Assembly (NCBI GenBank): GCA_036513555.1
Contig: DATBYU010000114.1
Location: 1 to 49,788 of the forward strand
Length of the DNA stretch: 49,788 nt
DNA from: Candidatus Dormiibacterota bacterium
Lineage (GTDB): Bacteria > Chloroflexota > Dormibacteria > CF-121
Direction of reading: 5' to 3'
A program made the translations under genes and the position numbers. Below are positions 27,872 to 35,184 of the stretch, piece by piece; within the stretch, counting starts at the first letter, position 1, and every line of letters begins with the position of its first letter. Below the pieces are notes generated by a model. That model was not told the origin of the DNA. It did no database searches and saw nothing but the letters and a program-made list of their open reading frames with translations.

Positions 27872-28108
27872 CTAAACCAGGCCGTGCTCGACAGCGTAAC
27901 GAGTCGCTGCGCTACGAGAGCCGACGCCGATCTTGCCGAAGATCGAGCGCAAATGTGCGTCGATGGTGCGCGAGCTGAGGCCGAGCCGTTCGGCAATTTC
28001 TCGGTTGGTCAAGCCAGCGGAGACTAGCTTCAGGACATGCACCTCGCGGGATGTCAGATTATCCGGATACGTCTCGCCCAAAACCACGCCTCGCCACCGA
28101 TGCTGCAT
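27872..28108 (-). CDS. LuxR/GerE-type HTH-only protein (LuxR solo)
   Basis: 78 aa. LTSREVHVLKLVSAGLTNREIAERLGLSSRTIDAHLRSIFGKIGV. Confidence 0.75.
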   Translation of the reverse strand: MQHRWRGVVLGETYPDNLTSREVHVLKLVSAGLTNREIAERLGLSSRTIDAHLRSIFGKIGVGSRSAATRYAVEHGLV

Positions 28109-28182
28109 TGTGCTATACGGTGCTAAGCATAACGGTCACGGACGCTCCGAGTCATTGGCGTATTCAGGCTGATGCCCAGCGA

Positions 28183-28509
28183 CTAAGCCAGGCCGTGCTC
28201 GATCGCGAAGCGGGTCGCGGCGCTCCGATGAGAGACGCCCAACTTACGAAAGATCTCCCGAAGATGGGCGTGCACCGTGCGACGGCTTAGAAAAAGCTCA
28301 TCCGCGATCTGGGCATCGGTCCACCCGCGGGCCAGCAAACGCAGCACTTCGGCCTGGCGCGGCGTCAGGTGATGGACGCCTACGCCCACCGCATTGACAT
28401 GCCCCAGCCGGACAGCTGGCATGCCGCTATCCAATTGTGCTCCCCCTTGCCCCACGCTCATCGCCCCCGGGGACCTATAAATCTTCGTTGTGCGCAGCGT
28501 GCCACTCAC
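28183..28509 (-). CDS. LuxR/GerE-type HTH-only protein (LuxR solo)
   Basis: LTPRQAEVLRLLARGWTDAQIADELFLSRRTVHAHLREIFRKLGV. The true start may be an internal Met. Confidence 0.7.
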   Translation of the reverse strand: MSGTLRTTKIYRSPGAMSVGQGGAQLDSGMPAVRLGHVNAVGVGVHHLTPRQAEVLRLLARGWTDAQIADELFLSRRTVHAHLREIFRKLGVSHRSAATRFAIEHGLA

Positions 28510-28524
28510 TGTGAGTGCCCTGCA

Positions 28525-28544
28525 TCGGCAGGACTGCCTAATTC
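28525..28544 (+). promoter_or_regulatory. Conserved box upstream of kinase 1 (TCGGCAggACTGCCTAAtTC)
   Basis: An almost identical box lies at 31601-31621 upstream of kinase 2. Each is followed by CGTTCAC. Confidence 0.4.
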
Positions 28545-28589
28545 ATAAGCCTAAGGCGCGCGTTCACTCATCCGTGCGGCTCGGTATTA

Positions 28590-29675
28590 GTGCCTAAGTT
28601 TCCGGCCATTCGCAAGGATGCCGATGGGAACGCGTCGCGCGAAGACGTGGGCATCCCCAAAGCGGGCACAACGCTGCCGTGCTCTGCGGACTCGCTTGGC
28701 TGGCTGCCCGAGGCTGTTCCGGACGCGATGGCGATCGTCGGAGCAAACGATGCATTCCGGTTCGTCAACGCGGCGTGGGGAACCTTGTTCGGATACCGCG
28801 AGGCGGAGTTGGTCGGTGAGCCGATGACCTCGCTGCTTGGGGTAGGACCACTCGTCACCGGGATTCCACCCGCCCTGCCGTTCAACGAGCACGCCCCGCG
28901 GGACCGAGCCGAGATGGTCGGCCGCAAGAAGGACGGGTCGTGGATCCCCATCGACGTCAGCACGAAGCGTCACGAGACTCCCGGTGGATATGTGCGCGTG
29001 GTGATCGTTCGTGACATGACCGAACGCTGGCAGGCCGAGGATCTGTCACAGTCCGCGCAGGAGCTAGACCGCAAACGGATCGCCGACGAAATCCATGACG
29101 GGAGCATCCAATCGGTCACGGCGGCCAGCCTACGGTTGCAGCTGCTCCGCCGCAGCGTCAGCGACCCCGCCGATCTCGAAATCCTGACGACCATCGAGGG
29201 GTTGCTCGAAATGACAAGCGTGCGATTGCGAGAGCTGATGGTGAAACTCCACGCCCCTGGGCTGGATGGCCTGGGCCTCGCCACCGCCATCCGCGAACTG
29301 CTCGAGGTGTTGCGCGCCGACTATGGCGTGGCAACGGAGGTCCGAAATCGGCTCCGGCAGCAGCCCGGCTTTCAGCGCCGCGTCACGCTCTTCCGCATCG
29401 CCGAAGACGCCTTGCGTGCCGCGTGCACCGCGCGTCCCCGCCAGGTCGTGGTCGAGATCGATGACCACAATCATGGCTTTCTGCTCAGCCTGCAACATGA
29501 CGGCACCGTCGACGTGGGTACGGACTTTGCGATGGCGGCCGATCGCGCCCGGATTGCGGTTCGAGCGCGGCTCGGCGGCGGCTGGGCTCGATTCGACCGG
29601 AGAGTCCGAAGCCACGCGCGAGCCTCGATCTGGATCCCGGCCGGCGCGTCGGTGGTGCAAGGGTCCGCGGCATGA
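28590..29675 (+). CDS. PAS + HisKA_3 sensor kinase homolog with a degenerate ATPase domain
   Basis: Has a PAS region and an H-box ADEIHDGSIQS. In the HATPase region the N-box Asn and the G1/G2 boxes are substituted, when compared with 31678-33621. Confidence 0.8.
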   Translation: MPKFPAIRKDADGNASREDVGIPKAGTTLPCSADSLGWLPEAVPDAMAIVGANDAFRFVNAAWGTLFGYREAELVGEPMTSLLGVGPLVTGIPPALPFNEHAPRDRAEMVGRKKDGSWIPIDVSTKRHETPGGYVRVVIVRDMTERWQAEDLSQSAQELDRKRIADEIHDGSIQSVTAASLRLQLLRRSVSDPADLEILTTIEGLLEMTSVRLRELMVKLHAPGLDGLGLATAIRELLEVLRADYGVATEVRNRLRQQPGFQRRVTLFRIAEDALRAACTARPRQVVVEIDDHNHGFLLSLQHDGTVDVGTDFAMAADRARIAVRARLGGGWARFDRRVRSHARASIWIPAGASVVQGSAA

Positions 29676-30385
29676 ACCCGTCGACGACCAGCCGGACGGG
29701 GCCCATCGTGGTGCTGGTCGTGGAGGATCACCCGATCCTGGCGGAAAGCTTGGTCGCACTACTCAGCGAGGTGCCGGATTTCGCCGTCCTCGGATCGGTC
29801 GACACCATGCGGGATGCCATCGCTGTCGCCGAGGAGCGCAGCCCCGACGTCGTATTGATGGACTCGCGCCTGCCCGACGGTACCGGGTCGGAGGCGGCCG
29901 CCTGGATTCGGCGGCTGCGGCCCCAGATCGCGATCGTCTTCCTCAGCGCCGACGACAGCGACGACGCGGTGCTGGCCGCCGTCGAGTCCGGCGCCTGTGC
30001 CTATCTCTCCAAGGCGGTAGCGGCGACCCAGGTGCGAGGCGCGATCCGCCGTGCCGCCGGCGGTGAGATGCTCGTGCCCGCCGACCGGCTCGTCGCGCTT
30101 GCCGGCCACCAGCGTCTGCTGGAAGCCCGAGCCATCTCTCGTTGTCGCCTTTTTTCCGACCTGACCACCCGCGAGCAGCAAGTCCTGAACCTGCTGGTCG
30201 CCGGCCTCGACAACCGTCAGATTGCCGGTCACATGGGGATCGCCTACGGAACCGTCCGGTCCCACGTCCGCAACCTGATGGACAAGATCGGCGTCCATTC
30301 CCGCTTGGAGGCGGTGGTCCGTGCCGGCGAGCAGGGCTTCGTCGCTTCTTCGGCCATCCCTGTCCGGCTGCCTCAATTAGGGTAG
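29672..30385 (+). CDS. NarL/FixJ-family response regulator (REC + LuxR HTH)
   Basis: ATGA overlap with the upstream kinase homolog. VVLMDSRLPDGTG. LTTREQQVLNLLVAGLDNRQIAGHMGIAYGTVRSHV. Confidence 0.9.
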   Translation: MNPSTTSRTGPIVVLVVEDHPILAESLVALLSEVPDFAVLGSVDTMRDAIAVAEERSPDVVLMDSRLPDGTGSEAAAWIRRLRPQIAIVFLSADDSDDAVLAAVESGACAYLSKAVAATQVRGAIRRAAGGEMLVPADRLVALAGHQRLLEARAISRCRLFSDLTTREQQVLNLLVAGLDNRQIAGHMGIAYGTVRSHVRNLMDKIGVHSRLEAVVRAGEQGFVASSAIPVRLPQLG

Positions 30386-30444
30386 AGCGCTCTCCCGCGT
30401 TTGCCCGTGTGCTGGTGGCCTGAGCCCGACTAGCGTAGCCACGA

Positions 30445-31392
30445 ATGCTGGCTCGGTACGACGTGCCCCTGCGCTACAGCTCCCGCACCGTGCTGGTCGT
30501 GGACGACAGCGAGCTGGTCCGGTCGAGCCTTTCGGCGTTCATCGATGGACATCCGGGGATGGTGGTATCGGCGACGGCCGCCAACGCCCGGTCCGCGATC
30601 GAAATGGCCGACGCCATGCACCCTGACATCGCATTGCTGGACATGAACATGCCAGGCGGCGGCGCGGTGGCCGCGACAGGAATCCACTCGGTTTGGCCCC
30701 GCACGCGCATGCTGGCGCTGACGGTGCGCCGCGATGAACAGAGCGTCATCAGCATGCTCCAAGCAGGGGTCAGCGGCTACTTGCTGAAGGGCACCCGGCC
30801 GCAAAAGATCCTGACGGGCATGGAGCACGTCCTCAAAGGCCGCGCCGTGCTTTCTCCCGAGTTGGGCCGCCACGTGGCCCAGCGGCTGGCGGTCATCAAC
30901 GAGCCCGCACCCGATAACCGCGACTTCGAGCGCGACCCTGTGCGCGTCCTCGCTGTCGATGATGACCCGGGGGTCCTCGAGGCGGTCGACGCGTTGATCA
31001 ACGGCGAGCCCGGAATGCGACTGGTTGGCACGGCGACCAACGTCGAAGATGCGATCGAGCTGGCTTCCACGGCCCGCCCCGACGTGGCCTTGATCGATGT
31101 TCGGATGCCCGATTGGGGTGGTGAGCGCGTAGCGTTCGAGATCGCTCGGGTCGCACCGTCTACCCGCATGATCGCCTTCTCGGCGAGTGACGATGCGGAG
31201 GAGGTCGCGGCGATGCTCCGTGGGGGCGCCTGCGGCTACATCGTTAAGGGCTGGGGCAGCCAGGATCTCACCGACAACATTCAGTCGTGCGCGCGCGGCC
31301 ACGTCGTCCTCGATATCGGCGCCGACGTTCTCCGCAACCTCGTCATGACGCCGCATTTCGAAGCGCACGGCGCCTACGCCGACGCGGCCTAG
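30445..31392 (+). CDS. Dual-receiver protein (REC-REC, no output domain)
   Basis: Two receiver units: VLVVDDS...DIALLDMNMPGGG...YLLKG, and VLAVDDD...DVALIDVRMPDWGG...YIVKG. Confidence 0.8.
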   Translation: MLARYDVPLRYSSRTVLVVDDSELVRSSLSAFIDGHPGMVVSATAANARSAIEMADAMHPDIALLDMNMPGGGAVAATGIHSVWPRTRMLALTVRRDEQSVISMLQAGVSGYLLKGTRPQKILTGMEHVLKGRAVLSPELGRHVAQRLAVINEPAPDNRDFERDPVRVLAVDDDPGVLEAVDALINGEPGMRLVGTATNVEDAIELASTARPDVALIDVRMPDWGGERVAFEIARVAPSTRMIAFSASDDAEEVAAMLRGGACGYIVKGWGSQDLTDNIQSCARGHVVLDIGADVLRNLVMTPHFEAHGAYADAA

Positions 31393-31600
31393 AGCCAACC
31401 ATCATGGACAAACGAGACGAATCGCAAGTCGAAGGTGACTCCGACGCCCTGCTCAGTCAGCGGCTCGCGGCGACCCCTGCGGCGAGTGACCAACCGCCAG
31501 TCGGACGCTTCCGTCGCCGGCGCTCCAGCGGACTACTTTTCCAGGTCCGTCGGCGGACGCCGCGTGCTGGCTCAGGGCGTTAGGCTGCCCTCCGCCGACC

Positions 31601-31621
31601 TCGGCAATACTGCCTAAATTC
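31601..31621 (+). promoter_or_regulatory. Conserved box upstream of kinase 2 (TCGGCAatACTGCCTAAaTTC)
   Basis: Paralogous to 28525-28544. CGTTCAC lies at 31628-31634, and the inverted TTAGGC at 31580-31585. Confidence 0.4.
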
Positions 31622-31677
31622 CGTATTCGTTCACGCAAGAAAAGCCGCAACAATCCGTCGCGCCGTCAACGAGGTAA

Positions 31678-33621
31678 GTGCTGGTCCCCAACAGCGTGAC
31701 CGTCCTGGTCGCCGACGACGACGCAGCAGTCCGACAGGCACTGGCTGACCTCATCTCCGACGAGCCAGGGATGCGCCTCGTGGCGATCGCCACTAACGCC
31801 GACGAAGCCATCCACTTCGCGGGGGAGCATCGACCCACGGTCGCGTTGCTCGATGTGCGGATGCCGGGGGGCGGCGGGCTGCGCGCGGCCCGAGAAATCG
31901 CGGTGTGCTCCCCGGGAACGCGGGTTCTGGCCCTGTCTGCCTACGAAGAGAAGACGGGCGTCTACGAAATGATGGAGGTGGGTTCGTCGGGTTACCTCGT
32001 CAAGGGCTCGTCCGACGCCGAGCTTGTTGATGCCATCTTTCGGACCGCTCGCGGCCAGCTCAACATGTCGGCCAACCTGGCCACCGCCTGCTTCCAGGAT
32101 CTGCTGCGCGACATCAGGGAGAGCGAGCATGCCGAGGCCGTCCACCGCAAGAGCCAGGAGCAGTTCCGCGGTCTGCTCGAGTCGGCCCTGGATGCCATGG
32201 TGGTGGTCAACGCCAGAGGCGAGATCGAGGCCGTGAACATGCAGGTCGAGCGGTTATTCCGCTATGAACGGAGTGAGCTGGTCGGTCATCCGGTCGAGAG
32301 GCTCCTAGCGGAGCGCTTCCGAGAAGCCCTGGTTGCACACCGCGAGCGGTACATTGCCGTGGCTCAGTCCAGACCAACTGCGGTGGGTCTCGAGCTGACC
32401 GCGTGCCGCAAGGATGGGACCGAGTTTCCGGTGGACATCAGCCTGAGCCCGCTGGAAGCGGACGAAGGACGCCTTGTGGCCGCCATTCGGGACATCACCG
32501 AACGCAGGCAGGCCGCGGAGGCACAGCGGAAGTCCGAGTCACAATTTATCGCCCTCGTCGAGTCGTCTCCGGACGCGATGGTCATGGTCGACGCGAGTGG
32601 CATCATCCGGCTTGTCAACACGCAGACGGAAGTGCTGTTCGGCTACGCGCGGAACGAGCTGATTGGTCGGCCAGCTGAAAGGCTGCTGCCCGAGCGATTC
32701 CGGGATTCTCACGTGTTTCATCCCGCTGCAGACCTGGGCAATCCCACGACGGGGCCGCCGCGGGCCCCCCTCGAGCTGGTGGGGCGGCGTAAAGATGGCA
32801 GCGAGTTTCCGACGGACATCAGCATGAGCGTCATCAGCTCGGACGCCGGGCAGCTGGCGGCCGCACGGGTGCGCGACCTGACGGAGCGGAAGCGTGCCGC
32901 GGCGGACCTGGAGGCGAGCTTCGAGCTGGTCCGGAAGATCGGCCTCGAGCGACAAGAATTGCTGGGACACCTGGTGCGGGCCGAGGAGGCCGAGCGCTTG
33001 CGTATCTCTGCGGACATCCATGACGACAGCATCCAAGCGATGACGGCGGCTGGGCTGCGGCTCCAGCAACTCCGCAAACGACTGACCACAACCAAGGAGG
33101 TCGAGGCGCTCGACAAACTGGAGGAGGCCATCCAGGGATCGGTCAGCCGGCTGCGCCATCTGATGTTCGACTTGCGCCCGCTCGCCCTTGACCGCACGGG
33201 CCTCGCCGCGGCCTTGCGCACCCAGCTGGAGAGGATCCAGTCGGAGGTTGGCCTCGAATTCGAAGTCGAGAATCGATTGACTACCGAGCCTCCGTCCGAG
33301 ACGCGCGTCATCCTTTATCGGATTGCGATGGAAGCGCTCGTCAATGTCCGCAAGCACGCTCGAGCGCACCGGGTGCGGGTCCGTCTCGAGGATGTCGACC
33401 GGGGATGGGAGGCCCAAATCAACGATGATGGCGACGGTTTTCAGCCAAATGGCGGGTCGGCCCCGGGCCACCTCGGATTGACCGCTATGCGCGAGCGTGC
33501 GCAGATGGCTGGCGGCTGGTGGAAACTCGAATCCAGCCCAGGGTCGGGAACGAACATCTCCTTCTGGCTTCCTGCCGTCGAGCCGGTTCCTCAGGTCGTG
33601 CTGCCCAGGCTTTCAGCTTAG
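31678..33621 (+). CDS. Hybrid REC-PAS-PAS-HisKA_3-HATPase histidine kinase
   Basis: N-terminal receiver (VLVADDD, VALLDVRMPGGGG), at least two PAS units, H-box SADIHDDSIQA, and a canonical ATPase (EALVNVRKHA, NDDGDGF, GHLGLTAMRERA, GSGT). Confidence 0.85.
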   Translation: MLVPNSVTVLVADDDAAVRQALADLISDEPGMRLVAIATNADEAIHFAGEHRPTVALLDVRMPGGGGLRAAREIAVCSPGTRVLALSAYEEKTGVYEMMEVGSSGYLVKGSSDAELVDAIFRTARGQLNMSANLATACFQDLLRDIRESEHAEAVHRKSQEQFRGLLESALDAMVVVNARGEIEAVNMQVERLFRYERSELVGHPVERLLAERFREALVAHRERYIAVAQSRPTAVGLELTACRKDGTEFPVDISLSPLEADEGRLVAAIRDITERRQAAEAQRKSESQFIALVESSPDAMVMVDASGIIRLVNTQTEVLFGYARNELIGRPAERLLPERFRDSHVFHPAADLGNPTTGPPRAPLELVGRRKDGSEFPTDISMSVISSDAGQLAAARVRDLTERKRAAADLEASFELVRKIGLERQELLGHLVRAEEAERLRISADIHDDSIQAMTAAGLRLQQLRKRLTTTKEVEALDKLEEAIQGSVSRLRHLMFDLRPLALDRTGLAAALRTQLERIQSEVGLEFEVENRLTTEPPSETRVILYRIAMEALVNVRKHARAHRVRVRLEDVDRGWEAQINDDGDGFQPNGGSAPGHLGLTAMRERAQMAGGWWKLESSPGSGTNISFWLPAVEPVPQVVLPRLSA

Positions 33622-33680
33622 AAAAAGGCGGCCATTCGTATACGCGTTTGATAGACTGGCGACGCTTTTTCAGCACCCGC

Positions 33681-33756
33681 TGGGGCGTGGCCAAGCTGGT
33701 AAGGCGCCTGACTCTGGATCAGGTAATCCTAGGTTCGAATCCTAGCGCCCCAGCCA
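33681..33756 (+). tRNA. tRNA-Gln (anticodon CTG)
   Basis: Folds by hand into a cloverleaf: acceptor TGGGGCG/CGCCCCA, anticodon stem CCTGA/TCAGG with loop CTCTGGA, T-arm CTAGG-TTCGAAT-CCTAG, encoded CCA. Very similar to E. coli tRNA-Gln. Confidence 0.9.
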
Positions 33757-33766
33757 CTGTCTTGTC

Positions 33767-33955
33767 TCAAGACATCGCGGACGCCTGTCGCAAGACATTA
33801 TGGACAGGCCAGCGTCCGTTGAGGGGCTGGTAGTCGCGGGTTGGGTCGATGGTCAGAGCGCGGAGGAGCTCGCCCTCCGGGGTCACAATCCGGACCTGAC
33901 CGCCAGCCACGAGGATGTGGACGGGTTTGTTCCGGTGAGCGGCGCCGACGCCTAC
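33767..33955 (-). pseudogene. C-terminal remnant of an IS481-type (rve-integrase) transposase
   Basis: The minus-strand frame reads ...HRNKPVHILVAGGQVRIVTPEGELLRALTIDPTRDYQPLNG..., the characteristic C-terminal tail of IS481-family transposases. It is truncated at the GH1 gene's 3' end. Confidence 0.5.
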
Positions 33956-35166
33956 TTAGACCCGTCTGGAAGCGATTGTGCGCGTGCGACTTCGCCGAAC
34001 CAGTGCGCACTTGGCTTGGGATGGCGAGCGAAGGTTGCGCGGTCGACGGCGACCATGCCGAACTTCGGGTCGTATCCGAGTGACCACTCGAAGTTGTCCA
34101 AAAGGCTCCAGTAAAGGTAGCTCCGCACCTCGATGCCCGCCGCCAGACAGGCCAGAACCCCTCGCATGGCGGCATCGACGTAGCTGATGCGCTTCTCGTC
34201 GAAGGTGGTCGCGATCCCGCTTTCGGTCACCAGGATCGGAGTCCCGCCGGTACTCTGCCAGGCCCGTCGGATCGTGTTGCCCAGGGCTTGCGGGTAATAC
34301 TCCTGGCCCAGCTGGGTCGTATCGGCCGTCTCCTCGGAAAGTCCTTTCCCCCACTCGACGTGCGGTCCCCGTGGGCCCTCTGGTCCGAACCGGTTGCGCG
34401 TGTACGTCTGGACGCCGACGAAGTCGTCGTCGCGCGCCAGCTCGAAGAAGCGATCGCTCACCTGCGAGTTGAGCTCGACATGGCGCTCGCCCGGCCGGGC
34501 GCCGTCCTCGTATTGCAGGTCTGGCAGTGCCAACGTGACGCCCACCGGAATCTTCGCGCGCGAACGGATCGCTGCGGCGCCGAGACGGTGCGACTCCAAC
34601 GCCTGTTCGGCAACGCGCCACATGGCCGCCACGTCGCCTTTCCGGCCGGGTGGGTTCACGCCCAGGACGTAGCCGCCTTCGCCGAGCCCCTCGGGCTCGT
34701 TGATGGTGCAGGCGTAAGCGATCAGATCGCCGAGGCGGGCCGCGGCGCGCTCGCAGTAGCGCGCGAAACGGGCCGGGAACTGGTCGAAAAGGAAGCCGCC
34801 TTTCGCCTGCAACCAGCGGGGAAGCGTGAAGTGGTGGAAGGTCACGATCGGCGCGATCCCATGCTCGCGGCAGTTGATCAGCACCCGACGGTAGTGCTCC
34901 ATTGCCGCCCTCGAGAACTCGCCTTCCTCGGGCTCGATCCGCGCCCACTCGATGCTGAACCGAAATGCATTGAGGCCCAGGCCGGCCATCAGGGTGATGT
35001 CGTCGCGATAGCGATGGTAGAAATCGCAGCCGTCTCCCGACGGCTCGATGCATGGTGTGCCTTCCGTGTGTTCCCATGCCCACCAGTCGCTGTTCACATT
35101 TCCTCCCTCGACCTGGTGAGCCGATTGCGCTGTGCCAAACAGGAAGCCCGCAGGGAAGGTCGCCAT
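33952..35166 (-). CDS. Beta-glucosidase, glycoside hydrolase family 1
   Basis: FPAGFLFGTAQSAHQVEGG N-terminus, TINEP acid/base motif, and VTESG nucleophile motif. Confidence 0.9.
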   Translation of the reverse strand: MATFPAGFLFGTAQSAHQVEGGNVNSDWWAWEHTEGTPCIEPSGDGCDFYHRYRDDITLMAGLGLNAFRFSIEWARIEPEEGEFSRAAMEHYRRVLINCREHGIAPIVTFHHFTLPRWLQAKGGFLFDQFPARFARYCERAAARLGDLIAYACTINEPEGLGEGGYVLGVNPPGRKGDVAAMWRVAEQALESHRLGAAAIRSRAKIPVGVTLALPDLQYEDGARPGERHVELNSQVSDRFFELARDDDFVGVQTYTRNRFGPEGPRGPHVEWGKGLSEETADTTQLGQEYYPQALGNTIRRAWQSTGGTPILVTESGIATTFDEKRISYVDAAMRGVLACLAAGIEVRSYLYWSLLDNFEWSLGYDPKFGMVAVDRATFARHPKPSAHWFGEVARAQSLPDGSK

Positions 35167-35184
35167 TCGCCGTAGATTAAGGCG

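Noticed and set aside
31404-31583. Small ORF (MDKRDESQVEGDSD..., 59 aa) between the dual-REC gene and the hybrid kinase
   Set aside because: The C-terminal half is Arg-rich, there is no clear RBS, and there is no recognisable family. The region is better explained as the kinase promoter/leader containing the conserved box.
30430-33471. Antisense ORFs across the dual-REC and hybrid kinase genes (30430-31398 and 32539-33471, minus strand)
   Set aside because: The plus-strand frames contain complete REC, PAS, HisKA_3 and HATPase motifs. The antisense frames are compositional artefacts.
33956-35175. 375-aa (minus) and 295-aa (plus) ORFs overlapping the GH1 gene
   Set aside because: The GH1 frame has NEP and ESG catalytic motifs. 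The alternates are Arg/Pro-rich shadows.
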